Source: Malacoraja senta
Taxonomy: Eukaryota
NCBI GenBank assembly: GCA_038087875.1
Contig: CM075991.1
Location: forward strand, 13,084,001 to 13,148,000
DNA length: 64,000 bases
Direction of reading: 5' to 3'
In this document: positions 38,741-52,265 of the stretch, piece by piece
How positions within the stretch are numbered: position 1 is the stretch's first letter
Layout: every line of letters begins with the position of its first letter
Made by a program: the position numbers and the translations under genes
The notes under the pieces: model-generated
Told to the model about the DNA's origin: nothing
What the model saw: only the letters and a program-made list of their open reading frames with translations
Database searches by the model: none

Positions 38741-40177
38741 TAAGATCTTTCAATAGATGCTGCCTGACCTACTGACTTCTTCTTGCATTTCCTGTTCTTT
38801 ATTTCAGATTTTCAATTGCAGTTTTTCTTGATTTTCAAGTTAAATAACAGTTCTTAAACAAGGAAAAGGGACTGAATAGAACAATAATGAAAAATTATGC
38901 TTTAGGGATTACAGGCAAAGAACAAACATTAAAATTAAAAATAGTCATAAAATCAAGAGAAATGTCAGAATTCTGTGAGCATACATTAGTGGGGTAGAGG
39001 TTTTAGTATATGCTTAAGCCAATAGCTTCTGATAAATCAGATGAAAGAGCATTGTTACATATGGGAATGGCACCTTCTGTGATTTCAGTCACACTATTGG
39101 CACAGCATCAGCAACATAAAATATGTGGTGGCCAGCACCATATCCTCCATCAAGTCTAGGGCATAGAGACACACTGCCATCCAGTTTTATGTGACTTAAT
39201 ACAAAAACCATGTTTGTGCAACATTTTGGCATGGGAGAAAAGATGCCAAAGTGTACAAAATATTATGCAAATGTGCAATTTGCAACAGTGTTCAATACAT
39301 ACAGGTGTGGTGAATATTATTACATGATCTCTTTGCACGAGTTCATTAATAAGTGAATTGCGGGAGAATGTGATGAAATAACAGTGCCTGAGGTGAAGGA
39401 TTCATTTGGTAGGATATGATGTTTTTTATTCCCTCACAGAATGTGGGACGTCATTGACATATCCTGTCTTCATTGCAATCTCTTCCTGAACTTTTGCAAT
39501 TTATGTGACACGGGTACACGCACAATTCTGGCAGGTGATATGTATGTTTCTCGCCCACTGTTGATGAAAGAATATCTCCATGTCAAGAGGATGTCTGACT
39601 TGGAAGGCACTTGCAGGCCAATCCTTATCCCATCTGCCTCCTGGTTTAGTTTGGCTTAGATAAAAGGTATAATATTTAGTGCCAGATAAAGTCCAGTAAA
39701 GTCTGATTAAAGGTAACTACTCCAATGAGGTAGATGGGAGGTCAGAACCGCTCTCTAGTTGGTGAGAGGACGGTTCAGTTGCCAGATGACAGCTGGGAAG
39801 AAACTGTCCCTGAATCCAGAGGTATGCGTTTTCAAACTTCCGTACCTCTTGCCTGATGGGAGTGGAGAAGAGGGAGTGACTGGGGTGAGACTGCTCAGTG
39901 ATTATGCTGGTGGCCTTACCCGCGGCAACAAGAAGTGTAAATGGAGTCAATGGAAAGGAGGTTGGTTTGCGTGATGGACAATAGACAATAGACAATAGGT
40001 GCAGGAGTAGGCCATTCGGCCCTTCGAGCCAGCACCGCCATTCAATGTGATCATGGCTGATCATCCCCAATCAGTATCCCGTTCCTGCCTTCTCCCCATA
40101 TCTCCTGACTCCACTATTTTTAAGAGCCCTATCTAGCTCTCTCTTGAAAGCATCCAGAGAACCTGACCACCCTCTGA

Positions 40178-40882
40178 GGCAAGGCAAGGCAAGGCAAGGC
40201 AAGTTTATTTGTATAGCACCTTTCAACCACAAGGTAATTCAAAGTGCTTTACATAAAACAGTTACAGCATTTGAAAGAAACACATATAAAATGACATTTA
40301 GATATAAAATGATTATTAGATTATTGAGATGAAATAATTACAAAATTAAAAGCAATCAAATAAAATATTTAAAATAGAATAAAACCAGGAATAGAAGTTA
40401 CAGTGCAGTATAGGTAATTAATAAATTGTATTGTTTACTGAAAGGCAGCGGCAAACAGAAAAGTCTTCAGTCTAGATTTAAAAGAGCTGAGAGTTGCAGC
40501 AGACCTGCAGTTTTCTGGGAGTTTGTTCCAGATATGTGGTGCATAAAAACTGAATGCTGCCTCTCCATGTTTAGTTCTGACTCTGGGGACACAGAGCAGA
40601 CCTGTCCCAGACGATCTGAGAGGTCTGGGTGGTTCGTAGCTAAGCAGAAGATCAGAAATGTATTTTGGCCCTAAACCATTCAGTGCTTTGTAAACCAACA
40701 GTAGTATTTTGAAATCAATTCTTTGACAGACAGGAAGCCAGTGTAAAGACCTCAGAACTGGAGTAATGTGATCTACTTTTTTGGTCTTAGTGAGGTCTCG
40801 AGCAGCAGCGTTCTGAATTAACTGCAGCTGTCTGATCTACTTTTTAGGGAGACCTGTAAAGACACTGTTATAGTAGTCGAGG
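40178..40882 (-). mobile_element. Different L2-family 3' fragment inserted into a CR1 3' end (about 39978-41040, minus)
   Basis: VYKALNGLGPKYISDLL...FKSRLKT with a (GCAAG)n tail on the plus strand; CR1 sequence resumes on both sides around a GAGGCA duplication. Confidence 0.8.
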
Positions 40883-41629
40883 CAGAGAATTCCACAGACT
40901 CACCACTCTCTGTGAGAAAAAGTGTTTCCTCGACTCCGTTCTAAATGGCTTACTCCTTATTCATAAACTGTGGCCCCTGGTTATGGACTCCCCCAACATT
41001 GGGAACATGTTTCCTGCCTCTAGTGTGTCCAAACCCTTAACTGGACTTGGCTGTGTTCCAGGAAAACACCAGGTGTTTTTATTCCAGGTGGTAGAGATAG
41101 TGAATTTGGGATGAGTTCATAAACAGGCCTTGGTGACTGTGCATTAGGTAGATCCTAACAAATGTGATGAAATAATGATCCAAATAATGCAGCCACCACG
41201 AGCCACTGTGAACGGGAGTGACATGGCAGTCATGAGGCTACTTTCCTCCTTGTTGCTTTTAGGTAACATTGATATTATTCAGTCAAATTCATTCGTAAAA
41301 TGGGAATATTCCAAGTGATTTACATTTTATTGATGTGAAGAAAGTCTTTGGGCAGTCAGTAGATGAGTCACATCATAGCATTCTCAACATCTGTCCCCAG
41401 TGTGTGCAGGGTAGTGTTAATGTGCGGGGATCGCTTTCGGTGTGGATTCGGGGGGCCTAAGGGCCTGTTTCCACGCTGTATCTCAAAACTAAATTAAACG
41501 ACAAAGATGTTGCCTGACCCAGTGAATTAATCCAGCACTTTGTGTCCCTTTTAGAAGTCACCTTTGTTGATTTTGGTGAGTAGCAGAGATGGAACATAAT
41601 GATTTAGCAAAATCTGGATATTAGAGAGA

Positions 41630-42345
41630 AGTCAATTCAAGTCACATTTATTTATATAGCACATTTAAAAACAACTCTCATTGACCAAAGTGCTTTACAT
41701 ATGTTATAAGAATAGTATACACAAGCAAACTACATACATATATACAAATAGCCCTCGCTCAGAGGACGTCAGGAAAGGCTTGGGAGAACAGATAAGTTTT
41801 TAGTCTAGACTTAAAGGAGTCGATGGAGGGGGCAGTTCTGATGGGAAGAGGGATGCTGTTCCACAGTCTAGGAGCTGCAACCGCAAAGGCGCGGTCGCCC
41901 CTGAGCTTATGCCTAGACCGCGGGACATTCAGCAACCCCAAGTCGGCCGATCTGAGGGACCTGGAGGTGGTGTAGTGGGTGAGAAGACTTTTAATGTAGG
42001 TGGGTGCAAGTCCATTGAGGGCTTTGTAGACAAAGAGGAGGGTCTTGAAATTTATTAGGAACCGCACAGGGAGCCAGTGGTGAGAGGCCAGGATCGGGGT
42101 GATGTGGTCCCTTTTTCGGGTGCCCGTCAGGAGTCTCGCTGCGGCGTTTTGGACCAGTTGCAGGCGGGACATGGAAGATTGGCTGATGCCAGTGTAAAGG
42201 GAGTTGCAGTAATCTAGGCAAGAGGAGATAAATGTATGGATGATCTTTTTGAGGTCATCAAACTGGAGGAATTGTTTTATTTTAGCTATCATCCGAAGCT
42301 GAAAGAAGCTAGCTTTTACCACGGCATTGACTTGTTTGTCAAATT
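41630..42345 (-). mobile_element. L2-clade LINE 3' fragment, same family in opposite orientation
   Basis: ORF 41759-42322 is nearly identical in protein to 37862-38608. Confidence 0.92.
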
Positions 42346-43865
42346 GTGTTCAGTTCTGGGCACCATGTTATTGGAAAGATATTGTCAAGCTTGAAAGGGT
42401 TCAGAAAAAAATTACGAGGATGTTGCCAGGACTAGAGGGTGTGAGTTATATAGGGAGAGGTTGAGTAGGCTGGGTCTCTATTCCATGGAGTGTGGAGGAT
42501 GAGGGAAGATCTTCTAGAGGTATACAAAATCATGAGAGGAATAGATCGGATAGATGCACAGAGTCTTTTACCCAGAGTAAGGAAATCGAGGACCAGAAGA
42601 CATAGGTTCAAGGTGATGGGGAAAAGATTTAATAGGAATCCAAGAGGTAACTTTTTCATACAGAGGGTGGTGGGTGTATGGAACAAGCTGCCAGAGGAGG
42701 TAGTTGGGGCTGGGACTATCCCATTGTTTAAGAAACAGTTGGACAGGTACATGGATAGGACAGGTTTGGAGGGTTATGGACCAAGCGCAGGCAAATGGGA
42801 CAAGTGTAGCTGGGACATTGTTGGCCGGTGTGGGCGAGTTGGGCCTGTTTCCACAATGTATTAATCTATATTAATATATATTAATGATTTGGACGAGGGA
42901 ATTGGATGCAACATCTCCAAGTTTGCGGATGACACGAAGCTGGGGGGCAGTGTTAGCTGTGCGGAGGATGCTAGGAGGCTGCAAGGTGACTTGGAGAGGT
43001 TGGGTGAGTGGGCAAATGCATGGCAGATGCAGTATAATGTGGATAAATGTGAGGTTATCCACTTTGATGGCAAGAACAGGAAAGTAGACTATTATCTGAA
43101 TGGTGGCCGATTAGGAAAAGGGGGGATACAACGAGACCTGGGTGTCATGGTACACCAGTCATTGAAAGTAGGCATGCAGGTGCAGCAGGCAGTGAAGAAA
43201 GCGAATAGTATGTTAGCATTCATAGCAAAAGGATTTGAGTATAGGAGCAGGGAGGTTCTACTGCAGTTGTACAGGGCCTTGGTGAGACCACACCTGGAGT
43301 ATTGTGTACAGTTTTGGTCTCCTAATCTGAGGAAAGACATTCTTGCCATAGAGGGAGTACAGAGAAGGTTCACCAGACTGATTCCTGGGATGGCAGGACT
43401 TTCATATGAAAAAAGACTGGATAGACTCAGCTTGTACTCGCTAGAATTTAGAAGATTGAGGGGGGATCTTACAGAAACCTACAAAATTCTTAAGGGGTTG
43501 GACAGGCTAGATGCAGGAAGATTGTTCCCGATGTTGGGGAAATCCAGAACAAGGGGTCACAGTTTAAGGATAAGGGGGAAGTCTTTTAGGACCGAGATGA
43601 GAAAAGAAAAATCACACAGAGAGTGGTGAATCTGTGGAATTCTCTGCCACAGAAAGTAGTTGAGGCCAGTTCATTGGCTATATTTAAGAGGGAGTTAGAT
43701 GTGGCCCTTGTGGCTAAAGGAATCAGTGGGTATGGAGAGAAGGCAGGTACAGGATACTGAGTTGGATGATCAGCCATGATCATATTGAATGGCGGTGCAG
43801 GCTCGAAGGGCCGAATGGCCTACTCCTGCACCTAGTTTCTATGTTTCTATGTCTATGTTTCTATG
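42345..43865 (+). mobile_element. Two tandem CR1-clade LINE 3' fragments (about 42345-42860 and 42880-43865)
   Basis: ISKFADDTKLGG, LVRPHLEYCVQFWSP, SRTRGH motifs; (TTTCTATG)n tail. Confidence 0.92.
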
Positions 43866-46800
43866 ACCCCAACCACAGAAATATGAATAAAATAGAGAAA
43901 CAAGAGAAAAAGTATAAGCATAGAGGAAAGAATCATTTGTGGAAATATGAAAGCATAGTGTGAAGGGATTATAATCTGAAGGTTCTAAAACCATGGGGGC
44001 ATGGGACTATTCCAACAATACAAACTGCTCTCACGTATCTCCCAATGAGTTTGCACTCTATAGCAGATGCCTGAAAAACCTATTTGTATGCTTTTACTGA
44101 ACTTTATCACGTCTGATGGCCAGTATTTAAATTCCAACCTTAATCTGATATCAGTAATGTAGAATCTTTTGCATTCATCATTTTAACCGATATGAATCCC
44201 CCATGTAGAACGAACCCACCCTGAAAAGATATAGCGTGGGGGTGGAGCTGGTAAAAAGTGATGAATATTTCTTAGTGCAACTCCAGGTCAACATAAATCA
44301 TTATGATACTAATACTCTTCTTATCATTGTGTACTGATTTACCATGCACTATGCCCCGCTCTTTACAGCTTTAACATACATAACATACATAGGGTGCATT
44401 CTGTACTATTTGCCAAGCTAATTATCATTAGCTAACAAAGCTTGTTTCCCATGTTCAACCAGTTGGTAAAGCATGCTAAATTAGCAAATTGCATGAACTT
44501 GTTTAATAAAGCTAAAGTCTTGTCAGAAAAGGTGGTAAAGTCCAATTACTGATACTATGATACTCTCAGAGTATTAGTGAAATAAAATCATTCTCATCTT
44601 GTTTCTGTCAGTTTTCCTTATAAGGCAAACCACTTTGCTTTCAGTGAACTGCAGTCATTGAACATAAGGATCGAGCAACTCTAGATGAATCAAAGGAAAA
44701 GTGCGGAGAGTCAAGGACCACAGAAAAGGAACAAACACCCAAGACACAAAGCAAATGTGTGTGGTTATACATTGGCATAACGTGAAAGGGCTATAATCTG
44801 ATGGTACTTCATCAAATTACCTTGGAAATGAAATGGAATTTGTACTGAACAGTTTGACCGAAAATTTCCAAAGCGCCCAACCGCTTCCTTGTTTCAAAGT
44901 TTGCTCTGGTTTCAGTTCTTAATTCACATGACCCTCGGAAGTAACAAACCCTGTGCTTCGTCTATTCTGCATGATTAAAACATAGTGAGCTTTTGATCAA
45001 ATTATCTCACATTATTAAACTATTTTACCTAAGCCTTTTCAATGACTAATAGTTTCTGGGAGAAAACGGAGCAGTTTTATTTGCATTTGCGGATATTCCA
45101 GTGCCCATACATTCATAGAGTCATGTACTATGGAAACAGGCCCTTCAGCCCAACTTGCCTATGCCGACCAATATGCCCCATCTATACCAGTCCCACCAGC
45201 CTGAGTTTGACCCATAATCCACTAAAACTATCCTATCCATGTACCCATCCAAATGTCTGTTAAACCTTGTGATGGTACCCACCTCAACTGCCTCATATGG
45301 CAGCTTGTTCCATATACCTACCACCCTTTGTAGAAAAAGGTTTCCCATCAGGTTCCTATTAAATCTTTCCCCCCTTCCCTTAAACCTATGTCCTCTGGTT
45401 CTTGATGCCCCCACTCGGGGTAAAAGACTCTACATTTACCCTACCTATACCACTCAGGATCTTATACACATCTTCTTTGGATCTAGTATATTTATTGCTC
45501 ATCCACATTCTTGGGAAAGTGGTGGTGAGCTTCTAGTGAAGTTGCTCCCACAATGCTGTTGGCCAGGGAGTTTCAGGATTTAAACCTATGGCGACATATT
45601 GGACGGCACGGTGGTTGCTGCCTCACAGCGCCAGAGACCCGGGTTCGATTCTGAGTATGGGGGCAGTCTGTACAGAGTTTGTATGTTCTCCCTGTGACTG
45701 CGTGGGTTTTCTTAGAGTGCTCCAGTTTCCTCCCACATTCCAAAGACATGCAGGTTTGTAGGTTAATGGCTTCCGTGAATTGTACCAAGTGTGTAGAGTA
45801 GAATCAGTGTACAGGTGATCGCTGGTCGGAGTGGATTCCGTGGGCCGAAGGGCCTGTTTCCACTCTATATCTCTCAACTAAAACTAATATTTTCAAATCA
45901 AGGATTTGTGAGATATGGAGTAGAACAGCAGCTTTCCTGATAGCAGAATTCAAGGGCTTGGGATGTGCTGTATAAAGAGAGACAGAGCTCATGATGTGTC
46001 ATCTGAAATGTTAACTGTTTTTATTTTCCTCAGCGGATACGACAATGCTGAGTGTGTTTTCTCTGTTTTTATTGCTGTTGGAAGTAACAATGCATTTTGT
46101 AAAAGGAACAAGCTGCAACCACTGTACACTGGCAGTGTAAGGAATTTTCGGGTGGTTGATGTGGTCCCAGTCAAGCTTTCATCTGGATGCTGCTGAGTCT
46201 CTTTGAAGGTGTTGGTACCACACATGGAGAGTAATCTGTCCTGCTCCTGATGTGTGCACAGAAAATAATGGAAAGGCCTTGGGTGATTATGTAAATCATT
46301 TGCAACCGATACCTTATTGTCGTGGTATTTATATGCCTTTACAGTTGAGTTTCTGGTCAATAAAGACCCATGGGGTATTGATGGTTGGGCACTCTTGACT
46401 GTGAATGGTGCCATTGACTGTGAAGGGGGAAATTCAGAGCAGAGAATACTGCTCCTGTGGACATTCTGCTTTTCATCATTACAGTCATCCTGATACCCAA
46501 CTGTGTGAAACTGTAAATCATTGACGTTAGGCAAAAACTTGCTCATTAGAAACTAGATTGAGGCCACATGCAAAAACATAGTATCACTCCATCATTTTGG
46601 GTTACATTTGAAGAGATATTTTTTACTGTTATCAGGTTAACAATATGAAATCAATTATCTGATCTTTACCACGTCAGGAATAATAATCAAACACTGCCCT
46701 GCTCCATACTCTAATTTTCTATCTATTATTGTGCTAACAGACAATTATTTCACCATTGGGAAGTAATGAGAACACAAATGGGAAATCTTACCCAAACAAC

Positions 46801-48788
46801 TGAGTTCCAGACATACCCCTTGTTTCAGTAATACTCAATGATGCAATGCCAGTTCCAATCTAAGACCTATCTCCAGCTAGATTAGCAGTAAAAATTGTCT
46901 CAGAATAAATAAATGTGAAACATAAAAGGGGAAGGAATTCTCTGGAATACTTCCATACTAAATACTAATCTGTGCCGAAGGTGAAGAAATCTGATGTATC
47001 GACTGTATTAAAAAAAGTGTTCAGCTTTAGTCTCAAATTGTATCAGATTCTTGAGGATGTCATACAGAGATACAGCACAGAAACATGTCCATCAATTCTA
47101 CAACATCCACCAAACACCATTCATACTAAATACCAAACACCGCATTCATCCCATTTTTATTCTCCTTTTATCTCAATGGATCAATGGTACTTTATTGTCA
47201 CAGGAAAGTGATTATTTTTTTGTATACAGTTCAGTAAAAGTATTACCATCCATAAGCACAAACTTAGTTAAGTACAAGTGTATAGGAATAGCACACTGAG
47301 ACTGTATACAACAGTCGCTACTTTTAGCACCATTCTTCATGAGTCAAGTCCAAGTTGTAAATGGACTTGACTCATTCTTAAGTTGGCTGTAAAGGCCTGC
47401 TGTCCTGCCGTAATTGGAGGTTCGGCCTGGCCAAGCAAAGTTGTTGGTATCCTCCACCGCTGCTCCATCACTCCATGTCAGAGCTGGTCATGTCCAATCT
47501 GTGCGCTCAGCCTTTTAGTGTGGTGCCTGATCCAATCGAGCTCCCGGCTGCTGCAGGATCTGCAGCGACCCACTCCACCGACGCCTTGATCTAGACTCAT
47601 TGACTCCGGAGGTAAGAACCGAATCCATTTACAAGCATCCTTGTTTCCCTATTCCGCTGCGGCCACCATCTTATGTCATCGGTTGCTTCCCTAGATTCTG
47701 TGACTCACCAACAAAGTCAGGGCAATTTATGGTGGCCAATTAACCTGCATACCACATGTCTTGTGGATGGAAAGGGGACAAAGCTCCCAAAAAGAAACCC
47801 ATGCATTCACAGGGAGAATGTGCGAATTTCCCACAAACAGCAGTCAAAGTCAGGATTGAACCCAGGTCTCTGGAGCTGTGAGACAATGGGTCTACTTGCT
47901 GTATCTCACAGATTCATGATTTTTCTAAACCTTTATTGAGTTGTGTATCCTTTACAAAATCTGCATCACAAAATTTTACGTTGTATCGTCTTGGTAGAAT
48001 CCAAAACCAGATTAATTGGGTGTAAAGTTTTCAGACAGGCATCAAACTTGCGTCAGAACCAATGGCCTCCTCTGATTCTTGTATCCAAGAACTTCACCAT
48101 TTCCACCCACTCTGCAATGGTAATCTGGTGTTCTGCAAGATTTATTTCTGATAAAAATGAATTTTGCCCCTTAATCTTTCTTCCTGGGTTCCATGTTTTC
48201 CAGTCTTTCCTATACTTTCAGCAGTTTGGAGAGCATGGTCCCTACAGTAATTTGTGTATGTGAGCAAGAATAACACTTGAGGTCCAGAAGCTTTCTAGTG
48301 GCTTATTTCACAGAATATCACATAGAAGATCAGTCACTGAAGAGCAATATGCGAGCCCGAGAGGAACTACAGAATCCCTGTATGCCACTGCTCCTGTTTT
48401 ACATCATCACCCTGTCCAATTCAGTCTTATTATCTTCGCTATATAGAATAGGTGACCGTAAGTACTCCCGTGTTCATTGTGAGCTCGCAATGTTTACTGT
48501 GAATGCAGTTACTGAGATAGTGAACTGATATGTCACTACATCCTGAATTTCGTTTGTATTGTTCACTTTCATGATCGTTTGCATTTTCATACTTTACTGA
48601 ACAGTTCAGCCATACCTTTTGTTGGCCTGCACATTCATTATTTTCCTTGTTTTTTGTTTGTCTTCAGAGTTAGTCTAAAGGAAAGGGCAAAGAAATTTCA
48701 GAATATAACTTAGATTTCTCCCATTTTGCATATGACAGCTCTTTTAAAGAACAATCTGGAGTCTGTTCTTTTCCCTTAACACAACATA

Positions 48789-50347
48789 CAGTGCCCTCCA
48801 TAATGTTTGGGACAAAGATACATAATTTATTTATTTGTCTCTGTATTCCACAATTCACCATGTAGAAACTACAGCAGTGTTTATACATAGTCCCCCCCAT
48901 TTCTAGGGCACCATAATGTTTGGGACACAGCAATGTCATGTAAATGAAAGTAGTCATGTTTAGTATTTTGTTGCCTATCCTTTGCATGCAATGACTGCTT
49001 GAAGTCTGCGATTCATGGACATCACCAGTTGCTGGATGTCTTCTCTCGTGATGCTCTGCCAGGCCTGTATTGCAGCCATCTTTAGCTTATGCTTCTTTGG
49101 GGGCTAGTCCCCTTCAGTTTTCGCTTCAGCATTTAAAAGGCATGCTCAATTGGGTTCAGATCGAGTGATTGACTTGACCAATCAAGAATTAACCATCTTT
49201 TAGCTTTGAAAAACTCCTTTGTTGCTTTATCAGTTTGTTTGGGATCATTGTCCTGCTGTAGAATGAACCACCAGCCAATGAGTTCTAAGGCATTTGTTTG
49301 AACTTGAGCAGATAGGATGTGTCTATACACTTCAAACTTCATTATTCTACTACCATTAGCAGTTGTATCATCAATGAAGATAAGTGAACCAGTACCAGCA
49401 GCCATACATGCCCAGGCCATAACATCCTACCACCGTGTTTCACAGTTGAGGTGGTATGCTTTGGATCTTGGGCAGTTCCTTCTCTCCTCCATACTTTGCT
49501 CTTGCCATCACTCTGATATAAGTTAATCTTCGTCTCATCTGTCCACAAGACCTTTTTTTCCAGAACAGTGTTTGCTATTTTAAGTACTTCTTGGCAAACT
49601 GTAACCCGGCCATCCTATTTTTGCAGCTAACCAGTGGTTTGCATCTTGCAGTGTAGCCTCTGTATTTCTGTTCATGAAGTCTTCTGCAGACAGTGGTAAT
49701 TGACAAATCCACACCCAACTCCTGAAGAGTGTTTCTGATCTGTCAGACAGGTGTTTGGGGGATTTTTCTTTATTATAGAGATAATTCTTCTGTCATCAGC
49801 TGTGGAGGTCTTCCTTGGCCTGCCAGTCCCTTTGCAATTCGTAAGCACACCAGTGCTCTTTCTTCTTAATGATGATCCAAACAGTTGATTTTGGTACGCC
49901 TAAGGTTTGGCTGATGTCTCTAACAGTTTTATTCTTATTTCTCAGTCTCATAATGGCTTCTTTGACTTTCATTGGCACAACTTTGATCCTCATGTTGATA
50001 AACATCAATAAAAGTTTCCAAAGGTGATGGAAAGACTGGAGGAAAGATTAGATGCTGAGAGCTCTCTCATACTGCGTTAAGGAGGCATTTAAACACACCT
50101 GAGCAATTACAAACGCTTGTGAAGCCATGTGTCCCAAACATTATGGTGCCCTGAAATGGGGGGACTATGTATAAACACAGCTGTAATTTCTACATGACGA
50201 AACCAAAATGTATAAAAAATACCCTTTAATAAAATCTGACAATGTGCACTTAACCACGTGATTTTTTTTCTATTACAAATCTCAAATTGCGGAATACAGA
50301 GGCAAATAAATAAATTATGAGTCTTTGTCCCATTATGGAGGGCACTG
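48789..50347 (-). mobile_element. Tc1/mariner DNA transposon, full-length, decayed transposase
   Basis: TIRs CAGTGCCCTCCATAATG... at both ends after TA (right TSD reads TG). Fragments WTDETKINLYQSDGKSKVWR, TVKHGG, QQDNDPK, LNPIEH and an N-terminal HTH fall in different frames. Confidence 0.93.
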
Positions 50348-52059
50348 TGGTTCCTCTTGAGATTTTCCAAATTTTGCTTTGAAAATGTTGCTACTAAATC
50401 TACTTCCACATTCTTTTGTGCAGTGCTTTCAGATCTAAAGGGGGGGTGGGAGATTGCAACCTTCACGTGGTCCACCCTGTTTCGATTAATGCAATCAACC
50501 CGATGTGCACAAACAAGATCAAATAGAACAAGTTAACCTACAATTTTAGGCTGTGCACACCATACGCAAGAAGAAGATCCAAAGGAGCCTTGATTAATTG
50601 CTGAGGCACATTTTTTAAGTTGATGGTACTTATTGTAACCACACTAACCCACTGAAGGTAGAGCGAGTGTTTAAGGTGGGCCCCTGATCAAGCTCTTTAT
50701 GTGCCAGTTGAGAGCAGTTTCCCAATATAATCCCACCTTCCAGGACTGGTCAATGGCCTTGTAGGTTATGGCTCTTCAACAACACATCCGAGTACAGTTT
50801 AAACGTGATGAGCATTGACACCAAGAGCCGTGTCAAGTCAAGAGAATTTAATTGTCAAATGCACTGCGACCAGAACAATTAAGTTCTTACTTTTACAATG
50901 AAATACGGTACTTATAATGAAACACTCAGGTATTTTTCCTTCACTCCACTTAATATACTCACATTGATTGTATATTCTCTTATCACGTTGCACCTGCCAC
51001 CTCACACTTCTATGACTTAAAATTCCCTTTTCCATCTTTCTGTCCAACTGACCAGACCATCCAGTTTGTTGCAGTATAAATCTTTCCTCCACACAATCAA
51101 ATTTTCTGTCATGTGCAAACTATTGATCATGCCTGTATTTTTAAATCATTTATAAATATTGCCCAATGTAAGGCACTTTTCTTAGCCCTGTGGAACCCTA
51201 GAGGGAGCAGTTTTCCAGCTACAAAAATACCCGTTAACTTTTACTCTTTGCTTCCTGCCACTAGACACGAATTGAATCCAATTTTGGGGGAATTTGGATC
51301 CAATTTTAGATCCAATTTCTTTCTCTCCTTTGTATCCCATGGGTTTCACTTTAATGATCAACCTGTTATATGGCCTATTTTCATACTGTCAAAAGCTATC
51401 ACTCTTATATTTCAAATTCAACTTTTTAATGGCTGACTATTGGACCTTATAAGGAAGCTGAGATGCATAGTTGACTGGGAACTTAATAATAATTCTAAAC
51501 ACTTGGGCTTGCCATTATTGAGCATGGAAATATCCATGAAACCTCCTTGTCCCATTTAACTACCCACATTCATTATTGCCTACATGCAGTGGCTTTGATT
51601 TGACTGTCCTCCTACACGAGACATCACTTCTTCATGGAACAAATCACATTCATCACAAGCTCAGCTCGATTTATTGATCTGCAGCCACTGGCTTTGAGAT
51701 GGTTTGGATACAGAGCAAAAAATTCCAAAAATCTGGAAAAAAGATGTAATGTTTAGCAGATTGGTGGCTTTAGGGGGGAAACTAGACCATTGAAATAGAC
51801 CAGGCTGGATAGAGAGCTGCATATCAGGTCTGTAACAAGACACATTCTCCAGCATTGTCACCATACCAATGAGGTTCTCGGTCTCAAGATAATTATGTAA
51901 CAGTATCAAATTGCTGCTGCAGAGATATAGTCAATAATAGATATATAGAATGGAGATTTATTTGTAATACTTTTGCAGCATAGCATCAGTAATACGATTT
52001 CGATTGAAATGTTAAAAACTCCACGACAGCATTGTAATTTTGGCAAGGTTAACAAGCTG

Positions 52060-52190
52060 AGGAAGGACAAGGAAAACTTACAAATACGTGCAATCATAAA
52101 ATTTCCAGCCACAGGGACACACCCTAGAGGGAGGAGCATATGGAGACGAGTGCGCTTTAAATAAGGGCTGGAGGCTGTTTGTCAGCACAG
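52060..52190 (+). promoter_or_regulatory. IL1B proximal promoter (candidate)
   Basis: TATA-like TTTAAATAAG at 52156-52165, C/EBP-like TACGTGCAAT at 52085-52094, kB-like AAAATTTCC at 52098-52106. Confidence 0.55.
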
Positions 52191-52265
52191 CACCATTCAG
52201 AACTCTAGCAGAACTATCCTGACAATCTTTTGGTTGTAGTCTGATATTCGGAGAGCTTCGTGAAA

